The notes under the pieces were generated by a model. The model searched no databases. It saw only the letters and a program-made list of their open reading frames with translations, and was not told the origin of the DNA. A stretch of DNA of 64,000 bases from an uncultured delta proteobacterium (GTDB lineage: Bacteria; Myxococcota_A; UBA9160; UBA4427). Positions 39,366-48,594 of the stretch are shown in pieces. Each line of letters opens with the position of its first letter. The first letter of the stretch is position 1. Both the position numbers and the translations under genes were made by a program. Where the stretch lies: contig CAWGJT010000010.1 in assembly GCA_963822965.1 (NCBI GenBank), positions 896,001 to 960,000 on the forward strand, in the 5' to 3' direction.

Positions 39366-40748
39366 GTGGGGAGCTTTCGTAGGCCGTTCGAGGTCATCGA
39401 CTACGATGCGCTGATGCGGAGGCACGAGCCGCCGCCCGAGTACTTCGAGGGCGACTGGCTCGCCGAGCCCGAGGTGATCGAGGCGCGACAGCTCGAGTGG
39501 CTGCAGGCCCGGGTGCGGAACACCTACGAAGTGCCGTTCTTCCGCCGTCGCTTCGACGAGGCCGGCATTGCGCCGGAAGACCTGCGCTCGCTGGACGACC
39601 TGTCGCGCTTTCCGGCCTACCGCGTCGACGACATCCGCAAGAGCATCGAGGCGCATCCGCCGCTGGGCGACTACCAGGGCGCGTCGCTCGACGGTGTGCT
39701 CGAGAACCCGGTGCGCGTGTTCATGTCGGGCGCGACCACCGGTGCGCCCCGACCGACGCTCTATACGCAGTGGGATCGGGAGGCGGGCGCGATCCTGATG
39801 GCGCGCGCGCTCTATCTCCAGGGCATTCGGCCCGGCGACGTCGTGCTGAACGCCTGGGCGTACTCGACCCACAACGGGGCGTTCGCGTTCGACGAGGCTC
39901 TTCACAAGTGGCTGAACTGCGTCGTGCTCACGACGGGCACCGGCAACGTGACGAGCAGCCGTCGCCAGATCGAGCTCGCTCATCAGTACCAGGCGACGGC
40001 GATCCTCACGACGGGCGACTATCTGCTGCATCTCGCCGACGTCGCGCGTGAGATGGGGCTCGACCCGAGGGAGGACTTCGACATCCGCGCGTTGCCGAAC
40101 ATCGGCGACCGCGAGAAGCTCGAGGCGACGTGGGGGGCGCCGAACTACCAGTCGTACGGCTTCCACGAGGTGCAGTGGGTCTCGGTCGAGTGTCCGGAGC
40201 GGCAGGGGCTGCACATCTTCGAGGACGCGTTCGTCGTGCAGATCGTCGATCCCGAGACCGGCGAGCCGCTCCCCGACGGCGAGCCTGGCTCGATCTGCAT
40301 CACCGAGATCTACAAGACGGGAAGCCCGCAGTTCCGCTACGACATCCAGGACCTCTCGGTGCTCTACCCACGCGAGCGGTGTGCTTGCGGGAGCTGGCTG
40401 CGCCGCATGGGCCCCTTCGCGGGCCGCAGCGACAACATGGTCAAGCTGCGTGGAGTGAACGTCTGGCCCGAAGCCATCGGCGAGATCGCGCTCGACGACC
40501 CCCGGCTCGAGGCGGACTATTTCGTCCGAGCCACACGAGAAGGGAACCGGGACGAGATGGTGGTGCACGTCGTGACGCGTGACCCCGGGACTGCGTACGC
40601 CGACATCGCGACCGCGGCCGAGGCGAGGCTGAAGGAGCGCCTCGGCGTGCGCATCGCGGTCGAGGTGGCGCCGCCCGGTGCCCTCGACGGATGGACCGAG
40701 CTGCACACCTCGCCCAAGCCGAAGCGCTTCAGGGACGAACGCGAATGA
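39366..40748 (+). CDS. Phenylacetate-CoA ligase (PaaK)-like adenylating enzyme
   Basis: SGATTGAP, YGFHE, GRSDNMVKLRGVN. Confidence 0.88.
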   Translation: MGSFRRPFEVIDYDALMRRHEPPPEYFEGDWLAEPEVIEARQLEWLQARVRNTYEVPFFRRRFDEAGIAPEDLRSLDDLSRFPAYRVDDIRKSIEAHPPLGDYQGASLDGVLENPVRVFMSGATTGAPRPTLYTQWDREAGAILMARALYLQGIRPGDVVLNAWAYSTHNGAFAFDEALHKWLNCVVLTTGTGNVTSSRRQIELAHQYQATAILTTGDYLLHLADVAREMGLDPREDFDIRALPNIGDREKLEATWGAPNYQSYGFHEVQWVSVECPERQGLHIFEDAFVVQIVDPETGEPLPDGEPGSICITEIYKTGSPQFRYDIQDLSVLYPRERCACGSWLRRMGPFAGRSDNMVKLRGVNVWPEAIGEIALDDPRLEADYFVRATREGNRDEMVVHVVTRDPGTAYADIATAAEARLKERLGVRIAVEVAPPGALDGWTELHTSPKPKRFRDERE

Positions 40749-41614
40749 GCGGCTGGATCGACTACTGGTGCAACGCCTTCACGCCGGATCGCCTCGAGCG
40801 CTGGGAAGCGGCGATCGCCGCCCAGGGCATCCCGCTCAAGATCCGCCGACGAGACGACGACTCGTTCGCCGAGGTCGGCGAGATGCTCGCCCGGATGGAC
40901 GAGGTCGGCGTCCAGACCCTCGTGCTGCCCTCCGCGGAAGTTCCCGACGGTGCCGAGCCCACCAACTACGCACTCTTCACGACCGCGTTCGAGGACGTCG
41001 TCGCGTGGGCGGAGGCCCACCCGGGACGGTTCGCAGGTCTCTTCACGATCGATCCGACGAGCGGAGTCCGCGGTGTGCGTCGCGCGGCCGAAGCGCTGTC
41101 GCACCGAAGCTTCGTCGGGCTGCAGATCCACACGCACAGCTGGAACCGGCGCTTCGACGACCGCGACTACTACCCGTACTACGCGCTCGCCGCCGAGCTC
41201 GAGCTGCCCATCGTCATGCAGGCGGGCGCGTCGGGCGGACGCGAGCCGAGCGACTGCGGCCGCCCGATCGGGATCGATGCGCCGGCGCTCTACTTCGACA
41301 GTGCCGACTTCGTCCTTTCGCACACGGGGTGGCCCTGGGTCGAGGAGGCGCTGGCGATGGCAGGCAAGCACCCCAACGTCTTCCTGGGCACGGCCGCCTT
41401 CCCGCCGCATCACTGGTCCGCCGAGCTGCTGCGATTCATCGGCGGCGCCGGGTGCGGCAAGGTGATGCTGGGGACCAGTTTTCCGGTCGTTGGACACAGG
41501 CACGCGCTGGCACGGCTGGCGGATGTGCCGCTCTCCGACTCGGCGCGCGAGGCGCTGCTCTCCGGCGCGGCGCACCGAGTTTTCCGTCGACTCCATCGGG
41601 AGGAACCCGGATGA
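40745..41614 (+). CDS. Amidohydrolase family
   Basis: YYPYY....EL.LP, SHTGWPWV.E, HPNVFL. Confidence 0.85.
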   Translation: MSGWIDYWCNAFTPDRLERWEAAIAAQGIPLKIRRRDDDSFAEVGEMLARMDEVGVQTLVLPSAEVPDGAEPTNYALFTTAFEDVVAWAEAHPGRFAGLFTIDPTSGVRGVRRAAEALSHRSFVGLQIHTHSWNRRFDDRDYYPYYALAAELELPIVMQAGASGGREPSDCGRPIGIDAPALYFDSADFVLSHTGWPWVEEALAMAGKHPNVFLGTAAFPPHHWSAELLRFIGGAGCGKVMLGTSFPVVGHRHALARLADVPLSDSAREALLSGAAHRVFRRLHREEPG

Positions 41615-42123
41615 CGGGCACCGTCTACACTGTTCCGCCGATCCCTCCGGATCCGGATCACACGACCTATGTCGACGCCGGAGCGATCCGGATCGGCGTC
41701 GAGTACCGCCTGCTCGACGAGGCGGAGCTCGAAGCCAACTACGAGGGCGAGCAGATGGACGAGATCCAGGATGCGCTCGCCGGGGCCGCGGTGCAGGACA
41801 ACGGCGTGTCGCTCCATGTCGTCGGTGCCGAGGACGAACACGAGTATCTCCGCTTCGACATGTTCGAGCAGGAGCCGCACTACCACTACATCGACCGGTC
41901 GGGCGAGAGTCAGCGGATCATCGACTTCGACCGGGTAGCCCATGGCCCGATGCTTCCCTGGGCGCTCGCGCAGATTCGGGAGCACCTCGAGCCGATGCTC
42001 GAGCACGCCGGTGGAGGGGCACTGCTCTCGCGGCTCGACGCGCGTCATATCGCCGAAGCTCTCGTCGAGGTCGAGAAGCTTGCGCGACAGGCGGAGGCTG
42101 CTCTCACCCGAGGGAGGAAGTGA
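41611..42123 (+). CDS. Hypothetical protein
   Basis: Translationally coupled; GVSLHV...EYLRFD.FE..PHYHY. Confidence 0.7.
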   Translation: MTGTVYTVPPIPPDPDHTTYVDAGAIRIGVEYRLLDEAELEANYEGEQMDEIQDALAGAAVQDNGVSLHVVGAEDEHEYLRFDMFEQEPHYHYIDRSGESQRIIDFDRVAHGPMLPWALAQIREHLEPMLEHAGGGALLSRLDARHIAEALVEVEKLARQAEAALTRGRK

Positions 42124-42518
42124 TGGCCGCCGAACCTACCGTGCTCATCTACCAGCAGATCGAATGGGACGACGTCCTGCGTAGCGCCCGGCCGGGAACC
42201 GCGCCGCCTCGCGAGCTCGTCGCCCAGGCGAAGAAGACTGGCGCGCGGCGCAAGAAGCTCGCGCGCGGGGAAGGGGGCTTCTTCATGAACCGCTCGGTCC
42301 TGCCGGCCGGGTTCCGGGTGCCGCCGCATCGCCACAGCCACGACGAGCTGATGATCGTGCTTTCGGGCGGCTGTGAGTTCGACGGCGAGGTCGCGACGCT
42401 CGGGGCGGACGACTCGATCGTGATCCACGCGGGCTACCGCTACGGGTTCACCTGCGGACCAAAGGGAATGGAGTTTCTCACCATCCGTCGTGGTGAGGCT
42501 GCCATGTCGGTCGAGTGA
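42123..42518 (+). CDS. Cupin-domain protein
   Basis: PPHRHSHDE....GG...YGFTCG..GMEFL. Confidence 0.8.
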   Translation: MAAEPTVLIYQQIEWDDVLRSARPGTAPPRELVAQAKKTGARRKKLARGEGGFFMNRSVLPAGFRVPPHRHSHDELMIVLSGGCEFDGEVATLGADDSIVIHAGYRYGFTCGPKGMEFLTIRRGEAAMSVE

Positions 42519-43321
42519 TCGATTGCCATACGCACGTCGTCGCTCCCGACGAGCAGCGGTACCCGCTGAACCCCCGCAACCTCTCGGGCAAGTGGTATCT
42601 CGAGGCGCCCCACAGCGCGGAAGAGCTGGCCGCGTGCATGGACGAGGCCGGCGTCGAGAAGGCCGTGCTCGTCCAGGCCGTCGGGGCCTACACCTACGAC
42701 AACGCGTACGCCGCCGACTCGGCCGCGGCGAGCCGCGGCCGGTTTACCAGCGCCTGCTGCATCGACGCCGTGGCCGAAGACGCGGTGGGAACGCTCCGCT
42801 ACTGGGCGGCGGAGCGAGGCATGCACGGCGTGCGACTCTTCGCGCTCGCGCGCGAGGGGGTGTCATGGCTCGCAGATCCGAGCACGTTTCCGCTCTGGGA
42901 GGAGGCCGACCACCTCGGCATCCACGTGATCGTCACGATCTTCGGGAGTCAGCTCGAAGAGCTGCGACGTGTGCTGCGACACTTCCCGCACGTACGGGTC
43001 TCGTTGGACCACTGTGGCTTTCCCAACGTCGGCGACCCCGCGCCGCTCTTCGAGCTCGCGTGCGAATCGAACCTGCTCTGCAAGGTGTCGTCGGTGGTGC
43101 TCGAGTCGGCGGGCTCCGAGGCGCAGCGCTTCGTGACCGCACTCGTCGGTCGCTTCGGCTCGAGCCGCGTGATGTGGGGCTCCGACTTCTGCCAGACCCA
43201 CGATCGCCCGTACAGCGGGCTCGTCGCGCTCGCGCAACAGAGCTTTTCGGGGCTGTCGAGCTCCGAGCGAGAGCGGTGTTTCGTTACGACGCCGCGCTCC
43301 GTCTGGCCGAGTCTGGCATGA
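42515..43321 (+). CDS. Amidohydrolase family (lactonase-like)
   Basis: IDCHTHV, AVLVQA, LDHCG, MWGSDF. Confidence 0.88.
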   Translation: MIDCHTHVVAPDEQRYPLNPRNLSGKWYLEAPHSAEELAACMDEAGVEKAVLVQAVGAYTYDNAYAADSAAASRGRFTSACCIDAVAEDAVGTLRYWAAERGMHGVRLFALAREGVSWLADPSTFPLWEEADHLGIHVIVTIFGSQLEELRRVLRHFPHVRVSLDHCGFPNVGDPAPLFELACESNLLCKVSSVVLESAGSEAQRFVTALVGRFGSSRVMWGSDFCQTHDRPYSGLVALAQQSFSGLSSSERERCFVTTPRSVWPSLA

Positions 43322-43364
43322 CGTCGATGCGCACGTCGGGCTTTGGAGAGGGGAGGGCACAGGT

Positions 43365-43573
43365 GTGACGCGAGGCTTCGACGTCCTGGACGTGCATCAC
43401 CACGTGGGCAACGCCTTCCGCGCGCTCGGCGGTGACGTGGACCAGGGGGGAGGGCTCACGGCCGCAGACTACCAGCGCCTCGAGGTCGAGTCCCGGCTGG
43501 AGATCATGGATCGAGGCGGTGTGCAGCAGGCCGTGGTGATCCCCGGACACGGCTACGAGCGATCGAACGGGAT
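43365..43573 (+). pseudogene. Truncated amidohydrolase (first ~70 codons only)
   Basis: LDVHHHVG...MDR.GV.QAVVIP, then an abrupt switch to non-coding-like sequence. Confidence 0.75.
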
Positions 43574-43700
43574 CCTCTCGTTGGGGGTTGTCGTTGTCCC
43601 AACTCGAGGATGTCCAACGGGGCCGGGAGGCACCAACCTTCGTGTTCTCGGGGATCTACGTCGTCGCTCGCAGACGCCATCCCCTTATGATGCTTATCCT
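43572..43700 (-). mobile_element. Probable IS110-family left-end/non-coding remnant without transposase
   Basis: Minus strand ATAAGCATCATAAGGGGATGGC...GTAGATCCCCGAGAACACGAAGG, ending in an RBS-containing hairpin (ATCCTC.GTTGGG...CCCAAC.GAGGAT); family call from recalled resemblance, not a search. Confidence 0.45.
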
Positions 43701-43729
43701 CCCCGGCGGCAAGGGCTGACGGGTAGGGC

Positions 43730-44209
43730 ATGGCCGACGAAGTCGTCCACGAAGAGACGCTCGACCTTCGCGTGCCGGCCGCGACGGTGCGGCGGTTCAT
43801 CATGACGCCCGAACGCATCGCTGACTACTACCCGGGTGTCCGTGACTGCGGCGTGCTCGAGGCCGGCCGGATCTTCTACTGCCGGGGCGGCGCGGGCACC
43901 TCACTCTTCGAGGTCCTCCAGGATGAGCCCGGCTTCGTCAAGCTGCGCGTCTGGACCGCGATGCGCGCGAAGCCACCCTTCAGCGCCGAAGCGCTCGAGC
44001 GCGACGCCTTCTTCGTCATGGACGAGGACTGGAAGATCGAAGCCACCGGTGAAGCCGAGACGCGCCTCACGAAGACGTGGCGCAACCTGCACAAGCGCAA
44101 GCTCCGCTGGCTTCCAATGGCGATGATCGTGCGGCGCTCGATCCCCGAGGAGGCGAGGAAGATGGTGGCTCTGTGGGAAGTGGAGGCGCGAGGGGAGGGT
44201 GGCGCCTGA
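43730..44209 (+). CDS. SRPBCC/START-like protein
   Basis: PA.TV..FI..PE.I..YYPG, W.IE..G..TRLT and a C-terminal helix. Confidence 0.65.
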   Translation: MADEVVHEETLDLRVPAATVRRFIMTPERIADYYPGVRDCGVLEAGRIFYCRGGAGTSLFEVLQDEPGFVKLRVWTAMRAKPPFSAEALERDAFFVMDEDWKIEATGEAETRLTKTWRNLHKRKLRWLPMAMIVRRSIPEEARKMVALWEVEARGEGGA

Positions 44210-44241
44210 CCCCTGAGCGCGCGGCTCGAGGAGGCCGATGG

Positions 44242-44292
44242 GGCATGCCGGGAGGAGTTCGAGCCCCCGACCCTCGGTTCGCAGCCCGATGC
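44242..44292 (-). repeat. tRNA-Arg(UCG)-derived fragment, copy 2
   Basis: 46/52 identical to 51777-51828 by manual alignment. Confidence 0.7.
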
Positions 44293-44349
44293 CGCTTGCG
44301 CGGTCCGGCTCGAGCCCCACGATTCGGGCCGTCGCCAGACAGAGCCTCG

Positions 44350-45138
44350 TCAGCTTTCGGTGTCCATGATCGTGCCGAAGGGCGCGCCCCAGTCGTGCGG
44401 CAGGTCTATGAGCAGTCCGGCCTCGTCGCAGCGCTCCGCCGCGCGCAATGCCTCCAGCAACACGTTGCGCTGTGTCACAGCATCGCCGGGCCGGCCGAAA
44501 GGATTGCCCATTGGGAAGTTCACGAAGACGGATCGGGGCGGCCGGACTTGCGCCGTCAGATCCCGACCGGTCGACACGAGGACAGTGGGAATTCCAGCCT
44601 CCTCTACGACGCGCGCGACCAGACCCACGGTCTGGTGGTCGAGAGGTCAGGCTGGGACGAGGAGAAAGAGATCCACCTCGTCGTTGGCCAGCTCCCTCGC
44701 GAGGGCTGGCGCGTGCTCTTCGATCACCGCCCGCCGCTTGTAGATGCGCCCCATGAAGCCGCTCCACAGGCGACGCGCGACGGCTCCAATGATCCCCTCG
44801 GCCGCGAGCTCACGTAGCCGGTCGATCGGAAATACGCAGTTGAGATCGCGGTCAGCGTCACTGTGATCGTAGTAGGCGTCGTGGATCTGGAAGGCATCAC
44901 TCTGCGCCTCCGCTTCGACGGCATCGAGACGAAAGTCGTTGCGTGCGTGAGGGTTCCAGGCCGGCGCCGAGCAGGCGGAAACACCTCCCGAGGTGAGCAT
45001 CGAGACCCGGCACTCCGACAGCGGCTTGTCGAGGCGGCACAGCGGTGCGTCTTCGTTGATCGTCCAGCTGTAGGGCGGAAAGCCCTGGCTCTCGTAGTGC
45101 GTCTTCAATCGGTCGACGTAGCGGATCGGTTCGGACAT
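44350..45138 (-). CDS. Selenoprotein B-like (PrdB/GrdB family) with UPLD motif
   Basis: ORFs 44647..45255 and 44350..44628 are in frame across TGA 44647-44649: DLFLLVPA-U-PLDHQTVGLVAR..EEAGIPT; also KPLSECRV..LTSGG, YDH.DAD.D.NCVFP.DRL.EL, PPR...NFPMG.PFG.P. Confidence 0.88.
44618..44636 (-). promoter_or_regulatory. SECIS-like hairpin
   Basis: ACCAGACC-GTG-GGTCTGGT starting 11 nt after the UGA. Confidence 0.75.
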
Positions 45139-45348
45139 GGTCTCTCCTTGGCTTGCCCATCCCGTGGTCACCAGGCACTGCGGCCGCAGGCCGGTGCCGG
45201 CACCGGCTCCATCTCCAAGCGCCAGCGAAAGATCGTCTCCTCGGCCTCGACACAATCAGTCTATCGCGCCTTCGCGGTCCCATGCCAGGGAACCGACCGA
45301 CGGAAATCGTGTACGATCGATGCCGCACCCCATTCAAGGAGAGCCGCT

Positions 45349-45699
45349 TTGCCGACTTCGTTCATCGAGCTGATCGAAGCGCACAAGAAGACTGTCTCCA
45401 CATGCAGCATCGAGGAAGCGGCGGGCCGAATCGCCGCCGCGGCCGATCTCGTGATCATCGACGTCCGCGAGCCAGCCGAGTTCCAGGGCGCATCGGTTCC
45501 GTCCGCCATCAATATTCCACGGGGCTTTCTGGAGTTCAAGATCGCCGAGGTCTGCACGGCTGCGGATCATCCCATCCTGATTCACTGCAAGAGCGGAGGC
45601 AGAGCCGTCCTCGCCGCGAAGACGTTGGCGGACATGGGATACTCGAATGTCGAGGTCGTCGATGGGCTCCTCGAGGAGCTGCTCGCAGCAATCGGTTGA
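45349..45699 (+). CDS. Single-domain rhodanese
   Basis: IIDVREP.E, AINIPRG.LE, HCKSGGRA; TTG start after AAGGAG. Confidence 0.88.
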   Translation: MPTSFIELIEAHKKTVSTCSIEEAAGRIAAAADLVIIDVREPAEFQGASVPSAINIPRGFLEFKIAEVCTAADHPILIHCKSGGRAVLAAKTLADMGYSNVEVVDGLLEELLAAIG

Positions 45700-45809
45700 C
45701 CTGCTGAGGAAGGCCGTCGACAGAGTATCGAGCCCGCGATCCGTTCGGGGCCCGGATGGCTTGTCCAAACCGCCGATCGGGGCGATGGGCTGCGCTTGGA
45801 GGAGAGGCA

Positions 45810-46703
45810 TTGCCGTACGCGTCGGGATTTCGTCCCGGACTCTTTGCGGATCGGGTCGTCCTGGTTGCAGGCGGAGGTGGCGGGCTCGGCCGCTGTATCG
45901 CGCACGAGCTCGCGTCTCTCGGAGCGAGGCTCGTGCTTGCCGGTCGCTCGCTCGACAAGCTGGAGCGCACGCGCGACGAGATCACCGAGGATGGTGGACA
46001 GGTCGTGAGCTGCCTGACTGCGGAGCTTCGCGACGAGCAAGCCGTGGTCGATCTGGTGGCCGCCGCGATCGAGTCCAGTGGTCCGTTGGACGGGTTGGTG
46101 GGCGCTGCTGGCGGACAGTTCCCCAAGCGCCTGGAGGACCTCAGCCTCAATGGCTGGAATGCGGTCATTGAGAACAACATGACGAGCTACTTCCTCTTGT
46201 CTCGGGAGGTCTATCGACAGAGCATGGCCGAGCATGGCGGCGCCATCGTTCACATCGGCGCGGACTACAGGCGCGGCATGCCCGGAATGGGGCACAACGG
46301 CGCGGCCCGCGCGGGTCTCGCCAACCTCGTCATGACGTCTGCCAGCGAGTGGGCTCACGCGGGCGTGAGGGTCAACTCCGTCATCCCGGGGTTCATCGAT
46401 ACCACGGGCCTCGATCGCTATCCCGAGGCCGCCTGGGAGGGCCTGCGAAGGATCTCCAGCAGGGTCCCGCTGAAGCGCCACGGTACCGCCGCAGAGGTTT
46501 CCGCCGCGGTCGTCTTCCTGCTGAGCGACATGGCGGCCTACATCACCGGCGCCGAGCTCTTCGTCGATGGCGGCGTCGGCAACGGCTCGAGCTCCTTCCT
46601 GTTCGATGCACCCGCAGCGAAGAACCAGAGCTCGTGGAATGCCTTCCACCGCAGCGAGCGCGCCCGCCTCTTGAGCGAGTCGACGGGCGAGGAGACGGAT
46701 TGA
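45810..46703 (+). CDS. SDR oxidoreductase (trans-2-enoyl-CoA reductase/AtuB-like)
   Basis: AGGGGGLGRC.AHELA, AGGQF, GMGHNGAARAG. Confidence 0.88.
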   Translation: MPYASGFRPGLFADRVVLVAGGGGGLGRCIAHELASLGARLVLAGRSLDKLERTRDEITEDGGQVVSCLTAELRDEQAVVDLVAAAIESSGPLDGLVGAAGGQFPKRLEDLSLNGWNAVIENNMTSYFLLSREVYRQSMAEHGGAIVHIGADYRRGMPGMGHNGAARAGLANLVMTSASEWAHAGVRVNSVIPGFIDTTGLDRYPEAAWEGLRRISSRVPLKRHGTAAEVSAAVVFLLSDMAAYITGAELFVDGGVGNGSSSFLFDAPAAKNQSSWNAFHRSERARLLSESTGEETD

Positions 46704-47722
46704 TGGGAGGCGCGAACTCGGCAGGGGGTCGCCCGACGACGGTACGTCTCCAGAAGGTCGCCCGAGCGTTCATCGAGAGCGCCGCCCTGAAGGCCGCGAT
46801 CGAGCTGGATCTCTTCACCGCAGTCGCGGCCGGGTACGACACGCCAGCGGGCTTCGCTCGCCATACGGGGATCAGCGAGCTGAATGCCGACCGGCTGATG
46901 ACGATGTGCAGCGCCACCGGGCTGCTGACCTGGCATCACGGGCGCTATCGGAACGCCGACGACGTGAGCCGATTCCTCGTGAAAGGAGAGCCCCGCTACT
47001 CCGCGGCGTGGCTGGGTTTCACCAGCCGGGACTGGAACCGCTGGGGAGAGCTCGCAGACCAACTGAGGAACGACTCGCCCGCGCGACCTCTCGGCGACTA
47101 CGAAGCCATGACCGTCGACCAGGCCCGCCGGTACCACGAAGCCACGAGCAGCATCGGCTTCGGCGCCGGGCGTCGCTTCGCGCGAGAAGTCGACCTCACC
47201 GGGCGGAAGAAGATGATGGATCTGGGTGGCGGGTCGGGGGCCTACTCGATCGTGGCCGTGCAGCAATTTGCCGGGCTCTCCGCGGTGGTGTTCGATCTTC
47301 CTCCGGTTGCGGTCGTGTGTCGGGAGTACATCCGGAAGCATGGCGTCGCGGACAGGGTGAGCGCGCAGCCCGGCGACTTCACCCAGGACCCGCTGCCCGA
47401 GGATTGCGACGTGGCCGTGATGGCGAGCAATCTGCCTCAGTACGGGCGTGACGTCATCCAACGCGTGGTTTCGCGGACCCACGCCGCGCTCCGACCGCGT
47501 GGTGAGATGCACCTGATCGGCGAGATGCTCGACGACGATCGCGCGGGTCCGGTCGACGCTGCGATGTGGGGACTGTTCGAAACGCTCTCCAACAGCACGG
47601 GAATCGCCCACACGCGCAGCGACTGCATCGGCTACTTCGTCGAAGCCGGCTTTGACGAGGTGGAGGCCCACGAGTTCATCCCGGGCATCCTCGTCCGAGT
47701 CAGCGGGCGCAAGCGCGGATAG
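46703..47722 (+). CDS. O-methyltransferase family 2 (dimerisation + SAM domain)
   Basis: AAIELDLF, MDLGGGSG, VFDLP, GDF. Confidence 0.9.
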   Translation: MGGANSAGGRPTTVRLQKVARAFIESAALKAAIELDLFTAVAAGYDTPAGFARHTGISELNADRLMTMCSATGLLTWHHGRYRNADDVSRFLVKGEPRYSAAWLGFTSRDWNRWGELADQLRNDSPARPLGDYEAMTVDQARRYHEATSSIGFGAGRRFAREVDLTGRKKMMDLGGGSGAYSIVAVQQFAGLSAVVFDLPPVAVVCREYIRKHGVADRVSAQPGDFTQDPLPEDCDVAVMASNLPQYGRDVIQRVVSRTHAALRPRGEMHLIGEMLDDDRAGPVDAAMWGLFETLSNSTGIAHTRSDCIGYFVEAGFDEVEAHEFIPGILVRVSGRKRG

Positions 47723-47781
47723 CGGCCGGGTCGGTCTACCGTCGCTCTGGCTGCGCGGTACACGCGCCCGAGCTCCCTGCG

Positions 47782-48393
47782 TCAGACCTTCGCCGCGACA
47801 CCCCGGTACAGGGATGCCAGGACCTTCGGGCCGTCGCCGAGGAAGCGGTCCATCGAGCTGAGTTCGAAGCCTCCGTCTTGCACGATCTCGTCGATGCGGC
47901 GGTTGATGTTGCACTCGCCCGTGAGCGCAAGCCACAGCGGGTTCAGTCGATCCTGCCAGCGCGCGGTGCCCTCGTCCTGGCTGCGCCCGTGGTCGACGAA
48001 GACGTACTTCCCACCCGGCTTCAGCACGCGACGCATCTCGTCGAGGGCAGCCCTTGCGTCGGGAATCGAGCACAGCGTCCATGTGGTCAGCACGGTGTCG
48101 AAGCGGCCAGAATCGAAGGGGAGCTCGCCGTCGGCACGCAGCTCGGCCCGCTCGACCGGGAACGGAGCGGCGGCAATCCGGGCGTCCACTGCCCGCACAC
48201 CCTCGGTCACCATCGGATCGAGGCCCGTCACCGTCTTCACATCAGGACCGTAGTAGCGCAGATTGAGGGCGGTCCCGAAGCCCACCTCGAGGACCTCTCC
48301 GCTCGCGAGCCCGACCGTGTCGGGTCGCAGGTCGTTCATCCCGCGCATCAGCAGGTCTTGCAATCGTGGCTTGAGCCAGCTCCTGAGTCCCAC
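47782..48393 (-). CDS. Class I SAM-dependent methyltransferase
   Basis: VLEVGFGTALN, FDTV..TWTLCSI, RVLKPGG. Confidence 0.9.
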   Translation of the reverse strand: MGLRSWLKPRLQDLLMRGMNDLRPDTVGLASGEVLEVGFGTALNLRYYGPDVKTVTGLDPMVTEGVRAVDARIAAAPFPVERAELRADGELPFDSGRFDTVLTTWTLCSIPDARAALDEMRRVLKPGGKYVFVDHGRSQDEGTARWQDRLNPLWLALTGECNINRRIDEIVQDGGFELSSMDRFLGDGPKVLASLYRGVAAKV

Positions 48394-48594
48394 CCGTTCC
48401 GTCCCCTCGCGTCGTTCGAGTGCGATTGTGTACGGCGGCGCTGCAAAAGGCAACGCGGCTCTCGCGGCGGGTTGATACGTCCCGTGCGAGTGTCGAAGTG
48501 AATGTGCAATACTGCGCTGGTCGAAACGGATACAGAACCGTGACCTTGCGCGTTCCTTCGCGCCATCTCGGGAACAGTCGGGAAGTGGACCAAA

